From Octopus sinensis (lineage: Eukaryota): 64,000 nt of DNA. The DNA lies in contig NC_042997.1 of assembly GCF_006345805.1 (NCBI RefSeq), positions 212,722,001 through 212,786,000 of the forward strand, given 5' to 3'. This document shows, in pieces, positions 39,303 to 50,837 of this stretch. A model generated the notes under the pieces. It made no database searches and was not told the origin of the DNA. It was given only the letters and a program-made list of their open reading frames with translations. The stretch's first letter is position 1, and every line of letters starts with the position of its first letter. The translations under genes and the position numbers were made by a program.

Positions 39303-40150
39303 CAAGGTGGTGCCCAAAAGAAACTGGAATTTTGCAATGCTATTTTATTCACTTAGCTTTACATGTTCACACTTTTATTGCTTTCAAAGAATTCTCCATT
39401 GAAGCCATGCATCGGTCCATGCTTGTTTTCCCCTATTCAGAGTGGTTCAGGAACTTTTGCAAAATGATGCCATTTAACGCATCTGTCATTTTGTTCTTCG
39501 TTTCTTCCACATCTTCAAATTCCATAGCAACAGCTTTTGTCACCAGTGACGACCTTCAAAAGAGGGTCAGGATCAAATTCCAACTATTCTTTGAGTTCAC
39601 AATTCACATTCATTTGTGATTGCTCTTCATCTTCGCTGAACAAGCGAGGCACAAATTTTGCTGCAACTCTTTTCATATGCAGTTCCTCACTCAAAATTCT
39701 TTGGGAGGAGCTCCAGGACACACCAGTCATAACACCAAGTTCGTCAATTGATTGGTGATGGTCCTCCAAGAACAGCTCATGAATTTTCATGTTTCATTCA
39801 TTCAGGAGGTCGAAGGTCGCCCTGAACAAGGTTTGTCTTCAAGCGACAAGTGACCATTCCTAAAGCATGGAAATCACTCGTAAACTTGTTTTTCTGCTCA
39901 TGGTAGCATCCTTGTAAGCTGTTTGACTCCTGACGACTATTGCGGACACAGTTTTCCCCAGTGAAAAACAGAATTTCATGGAAGCATACTGTTCCTTCGT
40001 TTCAGCCATCACAGTATGACTCCACACAATGACGCTAGATGGCAATTGGATGCCTGAGGGTCGCAGCAAGTGGTTTCTAGCGGCAGAAGTCTAAACTAAA
40101 ACGAGTTTGTCCACAGAGAACGTTTCCAGTGACTTTTGAGTGCCCCCTCG
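39303..40150 (-). mobile_element. Internally deleted mariner (second family)
   Basis: Diverged TIRs (CGAGGGGGCACTCAAAAGTCACTGGAA vs CAAGGTGGTGCCCAAAAGAAACTGGAA). N-terminal MAETKEQYASMKFCFSLGK..GRPSTS..RVAAKFVPR..KVVTGD is joined to a C-terminal NGEFFE; the catalytic middle is missing. Confidence 0.8.
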
Positions 40151-40154
40151 TACA

Positions 40155-40279
40155 TGTACAAATACATACATATATATATATAAATACATACATACATACA
40201 TACATACATACATACACACATACACTCATACACACATACACACATACATACATACATACATACATACACACACATACAC

Positions 40280-40312
<33 letters not shown>

Positions 40313-40367
40313 CATACACACATACACACATACATACATACATACATACACATATACACACATACAC

Positions 40368-40400
<33 letters not shown>

Positions 40401-40651
40401 CATACACACACATACATACATCCATACATACATACATACTTATATACATACATACATACACACATACATACATACATACATACATAGATACATACATACA
40501 TACATACATACACACATACATACATACATACATACATACTTACATACTTACATACATACACACATACATACACACATACATACATACACACATACATACA
40601 CACATACATACATACACACATACATACATACATACATACATACTTACATAC

Positions 40652-40682
<31 letters not shown>

Positions 40683-41665
40683 CATACATACACACATACA
40701 TACACGCATACACACATACATACACACATACACACATACATACACACACACATACATACATACATACATACATACATACTTACATACACACATACACACA
40801 TACATACATACATACATACATACATACATACATACACACATACATACATACACACATACATACATACATCCATCCATCCATACATACATACTTATATACA
40901 TACATACATACGTACATACATACACACATACATACACGCATACATCATACATACACACATACACACATACATACACACACACATACATACATACATACAT
41001 ACATACTTACATACTTACATACACACATACACACATACATACATACATACATACATACATACATACATACATACATACTTATATACATACATTCATACAC
41101 ACATACATACATACATACATCCATCCATCCATACATACATACTTATATACATACATACATACTTACATACATAGATACATACATACATACATACACACAT
41201 ACATACATACATACTTACATACTTACATACATACATACACACATACATACACACATACATACATACACACATACATACACACACATACATACATACATAC
41301 TTACATACTTACATACATACATACACACATACATACACACATACATACATACACACATACATACACACACATACATACATACATACATACTTACATACTT
41401 ACATACATACATACACACATACATACACATACATACACACACACATACATACATACATACATACATACATACATACATACATACATACATACATACATAC
41501 CATACATACATACATACATACTTACATACTTACATACATACATACACACATACATACACACATACATACATACACACATACATACACACACAAACACACA
41601 TACACACATACATACATACATACATACATACATACATACATACATACATACATACATACATACAA
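40155..41665. repeat. ~1.5-kb (CATA)n/(CACATA)n compound microsatellite
   Basis: Direct reading. Confidence 0.97.
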
Positions 41666-41914
41666 GGATTCTCAAAATCAGAAAGAAGAAAGCTAATTCG
41701 AAGATTACAGATCCACTCCATCACTGGAACTGTAAAAATCTGTAAAACTTTCCAGAAGTTTATCATTTAAGTATATATGCGAATATCTAGACCTGCAACT
41801 ATAAGCATGAGAAGACATACATAGAACAAAACAAAAAAATCTGAACATGCACTGATGCCAAATACTGCATATATATACACAAACGTGCAAATAACCTGTT
41901 GCTGTTGTTGAAAT
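41666..41914 (+). mobile_element. R4-like family B 3' end, interrupted by a CR1; the 3' UTR resumes at 42786-42866
   Basis: GFSKSERRKLIRRLQIHSITGTVKICKTFQKFII*; high similarity to 38930-39110. Confidence 0.85.
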
Positions 41915-42785
41915 GGACATGGACTGGCAACTCAAGCTGGCTGTGGACAAATGTACCACTATGCATTTTGGGAGGAGAAACCCAGCGTCCACCTACTCCC
42001 TCCACAACACTAATCTCAAAAAGTCTTCATGTGAACGTGACCTGGGTGTTATTGTCGACAGTGATTTGCGTTGGACAAAACACATCGCTAAAATTGTCAA
42101 GAAGGCTGAGAGTGTCTTGGCATCACTCACTAAATCCTTTGTGAGACGCTCTCCGACTATCTATCTGCGGCTTCATATAGCTATGGTAAGACCTCACCTG
42201 GAATTTGCATCACCGATCTAGAACCCCTATCATGCCCAGGATATCAATCGTCTGGAAGCTGTTCAGCGATATGCAACCAAAAGAATACCCTCCATCAGGC
42301 ATTTGCCATATCCTGAACGCCTTACTTCCCTGGGCATGGACACATTGAAACTCCGACGTCTGGCAGCTGACGTGGCAGACACCCATAAAATTATCAACCA
42401 TCGCACAAACAATAACTCTGAGCACCTTTTCAGACTCCACCCATCTAACACCCTTGGACATATTTACAAAGTCAGAAAACAGCACAGCTCCCATGACTTT
42501 AGGAAACATTTTTTCACGCTGAGAGTTGCTGAAGCATGGAACAAACTGCCGGCATCAGTTGTTAGTTGTCGGAGCACTGCATCCTTCAAAACTTCTATGC
42601 TTCCTGAGATTCGCCAACACTACACTGATTTTCTCCCCTCCATACACACAGAAGCATGTACCTGACTCATGCATTGTTCGCTTTCCAGCCATTTGTACAC
42701 TACTGCATGTGCTTTATATGCACTGTCTGACAAGTTGTGGTGCACCTGAGCACTGTATACAATAATTTCATTATTATTATTATTT
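41915..42785 (+). mobile_element. 5'-truncated CR1-clade LINE
   Basis: WQLKLAVDKC..ERDLGVIVD..VRPHLEFASPI*NP..LEAVQR.ATK..LKLRR..FFTLRVAEAWNKLP in one frame with a single stop at 42219-21; (ATT)n tail; AAAT duplicated at 41911-14/42786-89. Confidence 0.93.
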
Positions 42786-42867
42786 AAATTCCAATGAAGG
42801 AGTTCTGGATCCAGGTTAGAAACCGATTCTTTCTCCATTGGCAAGAAATCTTGAAATAAAACTGAAT

Positions 42868-43000
42868 CATTTAACCACCAAGTGTCGAAGTGCATCTCTC
42901 GACCAAGTTTGCATCCATGAGGCTGATAACATCATAAGACTTGAAAGGCAGCTCCTTGAGCAACATTTCTTGTCTGATAACTAGAATACATGCTCAACGA
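42868..43000 (+). mobile_element. Internal fragment of R4-like family B
   Basis: TTTAACCACCAAGTGTCGAAGTGCATC...CATCATAAGACTTGAAAGGCAGCTC matches 38082-38190. Confidence 0.75.
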
Positions 43001-44135
43001 AGTCTCGTGACTCTACCGCAACATATCATTAGATGAAAGGATGAGAATATATACTCGTACTGAACTATTTTGGTTATATTACGTTATTGCACTAAATTAC
43101 TTTAAAATTAGCGTTAATTGTTCTTTCACTTAATCATGTAAACGTGTTCCAGAAGACAATTGCCAAATACCAGCATCACTTAATGGAGATTTGGCTAATC
43201 ATGATACAGGAAGAATAACAGAGGGCAAAACCACCGATTGGCTAAGTTTAGTGTGAAAATTCTTGAGGAGAAGGAAGGAAAAGAAAGATGAGAGGAAAAG
43301 ATAAAGAACCGAAACAGAATAAAACAAGAGAGTGAAAAATCAGGTAGGGGCCAAAAAAAAAAGAAAAGAGTTGGAGGTGAAATGGTCCGTGCCCTGTCAA
43401 GAAGATGGTTTTGGATTTAAAACAAAAAAACTAAAGATAATGTGCACCCTAGAGTTGTCGTACAGGCAATAAACCATATGAAAGTAAAGCTATGCCTCCA
43501 TCATTAATCAAATGAGGTTCAGTAAAACAATGAAGTGTAGATGATCTTAAACAAAAAATGAGCTCAAAATATGATGTCACGGTATCACTAGTCCATAGTA
43601 ACCACTTGTAAAAGAAATTTAACTCAGAGACTCTTTGACACAAAAATCATAAATATCATCCAGTTACATGATAACGTAAAGAAACTTTGTCTTCTACGTT
43701 TACAAGCCAAAGTCATTTGAGAATTCCTATTCAGAATCGTGGATTTATCAAAAATGTTCAAAGATACTTCAGTTGTGCATAAATCGCTTTATCTTTAATT
43801 TTTGTCTTTATGACTTTTAAACCAAAATCTTCCATTGCATCACTTGATGTTTCTTTCTTCCAAACACTAAGTATAGACCACAAGCAGAGTCATATGCTTC
43901 CTAGCCAGGTTCTGAAATGAATGCTTATAATATTGGTTTTATATCTTTTAGCTTTTAAACCTACTTAAACCCTTCTAGTGGTACGGGTCTTAACCATATA
44001 TTCCACATTGTAAATTAAAGTTCATATTTGAAGTTAAAGGTTTATATTAATGTGATTGCATAAACAGAAAAAAATTATTCTTTCTAAATCTCTGAATGAG
44101 AAACATTCAGTAACAGTACTCTAGAGTAAAGATTA

Positions 44136-44665
44136 TTTGCCACCATAATGTGGCAGTCCTAATTAGGGCGAATATTTCAGTTATTTAGCCCTAAGAAACA
44201 TCATCTGCAGCTGGCTATCAACGCATTATTTGCATCCTTATATTTTCGAACAAGGGAGTTTACTGTCCCCACTCAGCTCCAAAGCAATATCTGTGTACCA
44301 AGGTTTCTGGGTTATTTCTTTTCATCAGCACAGAATAACCGCTCAGCTAGAGATGGTGACACTAAATTCTTATTCGGAATATATACTTTTCAAAGTGATA
44401 CACAGTCACTGATCTTATAAATAGAAAAAATTATTGTTTCTGAATCGTCGCCATCTCTAGCTGAGCAGTTATTCTGTGTTGATGAAGATAAATAGCCCCA
44501 AAACCATTGGTACACAGATATTGATTTAGAGCTGAGTGGGGACATGAAACTCCCTTGTTCAAAAATATAAGGATGCAAATAGTGCGTCGATAGCCAGCTG
44601 GAGACGATGGGGCTAAATAACAGAAGTATTCGTCCCAATCAGGACTGTCACATTATGTTGGCAAA
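44136..44665. mobile_element. Foldback/MITE-like element with ~225-bp inverted arms
   Basis: Arms 44136-44360 and 44447-44665 are reverse complements; both strands give the LHPYIFEQGS ORF; 86-bp spacer. Confidence 0.8.
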
Positions 44666-44887
44666 AAATTTTTACAATATAATTGCAGTTTTGAAATAAA
44701 TAAGATTGACAGAAGTATTAGCGAGTGTTAACTTTGCTATATTTTCAAGAACCCAGAATTAACATAACCTCATCCAAAAATTGGAAACGAGAGACTAAGA
44801 ATAACAATTTATGCAGTTTACAGTTTCTAATATAAACAAAATAAATATATCGAGTATTCACCTCTCTCCTTGTTTGATCTTGTTCAC

Positions 44888-44889
<2 letters not shown>

Positions 44890-44955
<66 letters not shown>
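44890..44955. repeat. (GT)n microsatellite
   Basis: Direct reading. Confidence 0.95.
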
Positions 44956-44957
<2 letters not shown>

Positions 44958-45643
44958 AATGTGTGTATGTGTGTTCAAGTATTTTGCTGCTAACGACAGT
45001 TTGTTTTAATCCGTAGACAGTACGAAGCAGTGAATGATTTTTATATTTTACAAATAGGAAGAAGAAAGTTGAAAAATTACAAGGGTTAAGATCGTTGGTG
45101 TTTGTTTACGGTATAAATTCCTAATAAGATACTTAAACGAATCAGTAACAGTTAAATTTCAAACAAAAGGTTGGTTTAATTTGGTGGAAATTAATGAGAA
45201 AGATAAACAAATAAATTAGGAACACGAAACGTAATGATTTATTGCTGTTTGGTTTTGTCCTTTGGGAGAATACAATCAAAGAAATGAAGAAAAAAAAGGG
45301 AATAAATCAGAACGAAGGAAAGAGACTCTTCTTATAAATCCTTTCCTCCTTTCTTACTTTCTCTGTTATTTCTTTTTCTCTTTTACCAGTTCTTCTGTTT
45401 TTGCCTTTCTATCAAACTTCAATTTAGATTGAGATTTCACCTTATCAAGCTGACTTTTATCTCACAACTTTGTTTATAAAATATTGAAGTGTGAAGGCAC
45501 AGTAGAACGATCGTGCGAAAGGAGAGGCGATGAATGAACGACTCCTTTAATACACCGCACGGTCGCTTACAGTAAAAGCAAAAATGGATGAATGAGTATG
45601 AATGCCAGAAAGGAAAAAGAAGGAAGACGACTCAACCGTAGAA

Positions 45644-46576
45644 TGTTAAGAGAAAAGTTTTATTTATGGTGTTAGCAGAGTGTATGTCTGTGTGTGCGAC
45701 ATAAGTATATATACAATAATAATAACAGCAATAGACAGGCCGTCATGCATACATAATGTGTATGTGTGTACAAACAAGGGTGTATGTGTGTGAGAAAAAA
45801 TACAGAGCATAGAAAGAGTCTATAACAGGACGCTAGAAGCTCAGACACAATGAAGATAAATACCAGTTCGTAGGGAGGTACAGAATAGTTGAAAAGCTGT
45901 AACAAGAAGTTGTAGATACAATTGCAGAGCCGGTTGAATCACATGTTGTGTAAGCGGTTGTGGCTACTATGCTGTGCCGGTTACTTGATACATGAAAATC
46001 TCACAGGTAGTTCGTGCTGTTAACCATGGTGAAGTATTCACAAACAGTGTGAAGTTAAACCAGAGTAAAGTTGCTGTGTACGTAGTGATGTTGTTGGCGT
46101 CGTTAAGATAAAAGCACGGAGATGAAGGTGACGTTAAGATGAAGGTAGCGTTAAGATGAAGGCGATGTTAAGATGAAGGTGACAGAGGTGGAGGTCCAGA
46201 ATACTGCTGGTGGTGTCTGTCACTGGAACTGGCTGAGTGCTCTGTGGTCAGTGGTTGGACCTTAGAAGGTCTCGAACCAAAGACGAAATACGGTTTGTTG
46301 ATCTAGCTTTTATAGAGACTAGGAGGCTCCGACGGAGAATTTAGAAGACTGTGTCACGGGACCTTATCAGAAGGCTGCGATTGGTTTGATTGCACTTTGG
46401 TGCGTAATAGAACAAGAGACAAATTGCACCAATACCAACCAATCGGAGTAGTGGACACAACAGGATCCAAACGGCTGAAGGTTTGCTGTTATCTGCTACG
46501 TCCGTATTTATGTTATATATGGCAGAGAGAGAGAAAGAGAGAGAGAGAGAGATAAGTTCACTAAGTGTATGCTACA
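45644..46576 (-). promoter_or_regulatory. LTR-like segment or Pol II promoter (CCAAT x3 + TATA, distal AATAAA)
   Basis: Minus-strand TATAAAA at 46314-46308; CCAAT at 46384-46380 plus two opposite-strand CCAAT near 46430-46443; AATAAA...TAACA end at 45663-45644; possible TGTAG start at 46576; no TSD found. Confidence 0.4.
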
Positions 46577-46989
46577 ACACCATGGACCAATAATTAGGAC
46601 GTTGACCTCATCATCGTGAATTCTATTCCTAGACTGAGATGTGCATCATGTCCTTGAGCAAGACACTTTATTTCATGTTGCTCTGTGAGTACTTACTGCC
46701 TGTTGGTGTTGCCCTGTCTCTCCTTCAGCTGTTACATTAACATCGATGTACCACTGGCTAATCGGATTTTTGTCTGTATTTAACCAAACAGGCATCTAAA
46801 AAAGTGATAGCTTGTTTCAAGCCACCAGGACTGACGATTTGCAAGTGATGCTTTAACAAGGAGTTTGTTTCCACTTTATACCTTGACAAATGATGGTCGC
46901 TCCCGTCGGTGTCGACGTATCAGTGTTTAAAAAAGCTGACTTAAAGTCAAAGAGAGTAATAAAAACAAACGGAAAAAAATACCAAGCTG

Positions 46990-48005
46990 CATTTATTTGC
47001 GATGGATACGTGAATGTAATTTCAGTGTCAGGGATGGATTTTGCAATGAAGCCGTAATGGGGACATTGATGATTTTGGCTTTGCCTAGGATTGGGCAAAT
47101 GAGTCTGTTGATGGCAGGATATAGTTCTTCTATTGTTCTTTCTTCTTCAACTCGGATTGTTTGGATGCATTGTGACATATTTTACGCCATACAGACCGAT
47201 CTAGGCAATGACATTCCCAAGATGTCAGGTTAAGTGGTAAAGCTTTTAGGCGGCGAGCTGGCAGAAACGTTAGCACGTCGGGCGAAATGCTTTGCGGTAT
47301 TTCGTCTGCCGTTACGTTGTGAGTTCAAATTCCGCCGAGGTCGACTTTACCTTTCATCCTTTCGGGGTCGATAAATTAAGTACCAGTTACGCACTGGGGT
47401 CGATGTAATCGACTTAATACCTATGTCTGTCCTTGTTTGTCCCCTCTGTGTTTAGCCCCTTGTGGGTAATAAAGAAATAGGTATTTCATCTGTCTTTACG
47501 TTTTGAGTTCAAATGCCGCCGAGGTCGACTTTACCTTTCATCCTTTCGGGGTCGATAAATTAAGTACCAGTTACGCACTGGGGTCGATGTAATCGACTTA
47601 ATACCTATGTCTGTCCTTGTTTGTCCCCTCTGTATTTAGCCCCTTGTGGGTAATAAAGAAATGGGTAAAGCTTTTAGTGATCGCTTCAGCTTGTCCTTAC
47701 ACCTAAGGACAGGTCTTCCTTTGTTGCAATACCCCTCCGCTTGCTGACAATACAGAAGAATTTTTTAAATGTAGTCATTTTGCATTCAAGCAACATTTCC
47801 TACCCATCTGCACTGAATCTTCATCAGCATATTTTGGATGCTGGAGATATCACATTTTCCTAAGATTTTTACATTGAATATTTAATCTTGCCATTCTATG
47901 TTTCCAAAAGCACTTGTAGCCTTAGATATGCTAATGTTGATTTCGTCATCGAGAGTACTCTTAAAGTTTACTCTACCTCCAAGATATTTAAATGACCTGA
48001 CCTAT
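46990..48005 (-). mobile_element. Decayed RTE-BovB-like LINE 3' end, split by a SINE insertion
   Basis: FKYLGG..DDEINISISKATSAFG, RWVGNV, GRPVLRCKDKLKRSLK|ALP..LDRSVWRK, and a terminal ICP..LHSRIHRK* zinc-finger remnant. Confidence 0.7.
47250..47663 (+). mobile_element. SINE family A 1.5-mer (full copy plus 5'-truncated copy)
   Basis: 14-bp TSD GGTAAAGCTTTTAG at 47236-47249 and 47664-47677 encloses both copies. Confidence 0.92.
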
Positions 48006-48070
48006 TTCAGTGACAAATAGAACACCAGATATTCGCATTTTACTCTCTCTCAGTCTCTCTTGCTCTCCGA

Positions 48071-48662
48071 ATCTCAGTCATTAGTCTCAGTCATTAGAGT
48101 CTCATTCAATAGAGTCTCAGTTGTTAGTCTCAGTCATATAGTCTCAATCATTAGTCTCAATCATTAGTCTCAGTCATTAGAATCTCAGTCATTAGTCTCA
48201 GTTATTAGAGTCTCAGTCATTGGAGTCTTATTCATTAGAGTCTCAGTTATTAGTGGCTCATTCATTAAAGTCTCAATCATTAGTCTCAATCATTAGTCTC
48301 AGTCATTAGAATCTCAGTCATTAGTCTCAGTTATTAGAGTCTCAGTCATTAGAGTCTTATTCATTAGAGTCACAGTTATTAGTGGCTCATTCGTTAAAGT
48401 CTCAATCATTAGTCTCAAACATTAGTCTCAGTCATTAGAATCTCAGTCATTAGAATCTCAGTCATTAGTCTCAGTTATTAGAGTCTCAGTCATTGGAGTC
48501 TTATTCATTAGAGTCTCAGTTATTAGTGGCTCATTCGTTAAAGTCTCAATCATTAGTCTCAGTCATTAGTCTCAGTTATTAGAGTCTCAGTCATCGGAGT
48601 CTTATTCATTAGAGTTTCAGTCATTAGAGTCTTATTCCTTAGAGTCTCAGTCATTTCTCTCA
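48071..48662. repeat. 13-15-bp minisatellite (AGTCTCAGTCATT[AG]) with ~130-bp higher-order period
   Basis: Direct reading; the marker TAGTGGCTCATTC recurs at 48251, 48380 and 48524. Confidence 0.9.
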
Positions 48663-49193
48663 GTGTATGGTTGAAAATGCTGGCACCATGTGACTAATCC
48701 TTAATATCTTTATCTTTTCTTTCCCTTTCTTTTTCTGCAATTCTCTTGGGAGTGTTTTCAGAAAAGACTCCAAATTTTTAGATTTTCTTCCAAAACTTGA
48801 TGTTTGGAACTAAGTACATCCTCCCCCAACCCCACCCGCCTCAATGAATATTTAAATGGTCACACATGAAGCAGACATCAGACATTTTCATTGTCTTCTT
48901 TCTTCTCTTTTATTTTCTTTTGCACTTTATGTTCTTCAAAACACTTATCTAAATTAACATCATCTCAACTGTTAGAGATGGACAAAGACGACAAAGGAAG
49001 AATTCTTCTTAAAGTTGAATCACCAAAACATTTATTTTCCATTTATCTGATGCTATCTGACAGTCTTATCTCTTTCTTATAATATCGGAACTTTGCGAAT
49101 TCAATTCGAATCCAATCCTTCCAAATAATTCCTCCTTCATCTCTTTGGTTCTCCTAATCACAGACTTTTGCTAATGGTTCTTGGTTGTGTCTT

Positions 49194-49579
49194 GCGGCGA
49201 GCTGGCAGAATCGTTAGCAAGTCGGGCGAAATGCCGAGCGGTATTTCATCTGCCATTACGTTCTGAGTTCAATTTCCGCCGAGGTCGACTTTGCCTTTCA
49301 TCCTTTCGGGGTTGATAAATTAAGTACCAGTTACGCACTGGGGTCGATGTAATCGACTTAATACCTATGTCTGTCCTTGTTTGTCCCCTCTGTGTTTAGC
49401 CCCTTGTGGGCAGTAAAGAAATGTATATTTTCCACCGAGGTCGACTTTGCCTTTCATCCTTTCGGGATCGATAAATTAAGTACCAGTTACGCACTGGGGT
49501 CGATATAATTGACTTAATACTTATGTCTGTCCTTGTTTGTCCTCTCTGTGCTTAGCCCCTTGTGGGTAGTAAAGAAATA
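49194..49579 (+). mobile_element. SINE family A 1.5-mer
   Basis: 11-bp TSD GGTTGTGTCTT at 49183-49193 and 49580-49590 encloses both copies. Confidence 0.92.
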
Positions 49580-49830
49580 GGTTGTGTCTTTTCTCGTGGA
49601 ATGTGTTTCTTTCAGGTGCAACCCTATCCAGTAAGTTAGCAAGTTTCTCTTTGAAATTTGTCAGGGGCTCAGTAGAAGTAGATATGGTTTGTAATTGCTG
49701 TTTAGCTGTTTTGTAAATTGTTGTTTCTTTGTCTACTTGATGGGGTGGAAATAGCAGTGGATCCAGTCATTATGTATTTGTAGAGTCACAACTAGGATTG
49801 CTTTCTTCCTGTGAGATGTATAAGAATTAA

Positions 49831-50229
49831 TCTTTATATATAAAAGAGAAGTTGTGTGTCTGTCTCCTACGATTTAGATTCCTAACTACTCCCACATTTT
49901 GCGGTGCAGTGTAACCAAAAGTGGGTATCTTATAGTCGTGATTCATATCGAGCCCTTCTGGGTATTAGCGCGCGTCTACGATGAGTCTATGATTTAAAAA
50001 AAAATTTACCATCATTTTTTTCCATTTTAATGCATTTTTTCGCTATTATATAAGGGAAGTAACTCTCTAAAAATGTCTATGATGAGTCAACGATTTAAAA
50101 AAAAATTTACCATAATTTTTTTTACCATTTTTAATGCATTTTTTTGCTATTTTTTGGTTATAACTCTCTAAAAATGCTTATATAGTTATTTCCCTTACAA
50201 ACCCGAGCAACGCCGGGCGATACTGCTAG
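49831..50229 (+). mobile_element. Non-autonomous Helitron, copy 2
   Basis: A|TC 5' end, hairpin CCCGAGCAACGCCGGG, CTAG|T 3' end. Confidence 0.8.
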
Positions 50230-50289
50230 TTCAATATAAAAGTAAACATCAACTATGGGGTTGGACAAGTTCTTTTATGCTGGTGAAAT

Positions 50290-50837
50290 TCCCGGGGTGC
50301 AAAGAGCACCATACGAGTGTGATCGTTGACAGAGCGGCTAACCGGCTTCCGTGCCAGAGGCACATAAAAGGGCACCATTTGAGTGTGATTGTTACCAGCA
50401 TCGCCTAACTGGCACTTGTGCCCGTGCTCGTAGGGTGTTAAGGGCACCATCCGAGCGTGATTGTTGCCAGAGCAGCCAACTGGCTTCGGTGTCGGTGGCA
50501 CGTAAAAGGGCACCATTCGAGCATGATCGTTACCAACGTCGCCTTACTGGCACCTGTGCTGGTGGCATGTGTAAAAAGATTTGAGCAAGGTCATTACCAG
50601 TACTGCCTGACTGGCCCCGTACCGGTGACACGTAAAAAGCACCCTCTACACTCTCAGAGTGGTTGGCGTTAGGAAGGGCATCCAGCTGTAGAAACTCTTC
50701 CAGATCAAGATTGGAGCCTGGTGCAGCCATCTGGTTTGCCAGCACTCAGTCAAAATCGTCCAACCCATGCTAGCATGGAAAGCGGGCGTTAAACAATGAT
50801 GATGATGATGATGATGACGACGATGATGATGATGATG
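50290..50837 (+). mobile_element. RTE 3'-end copy carrying ~6 tandem ~60-bp units
   Basis: Repeated GTGCC..GGCAC..AAAGGGCACCATTCGAG units, then the family terminal motif and (GAT)n. Confidence 0.85.

Noticed and set aside
45490-45550. Possible hammerhead (GCAC..GTGC-GAAA-GGAG..CTCC-TT)
   Set aside because: The sequence before stem II is GTGAAG rather than CUGANGA, and no stem I was found; kept only as a hairpin.
45608-45628. Polypurine tract near the LTR-like boundary
   Set aside because: About 15 nt away from the boundary and in the wrong orientation for the minus-strand promoter, so not a convincing PPT.
50330-50640. Repeat-spacer-like pattern suggestive of CRISPR (also 48071-48662)
   Set aside because: Units are diverged along their whole length with no unique spacers, lie inside an RTE 3' UTR or a minisatellite, and no cas genes are present in this eukaryotic context.
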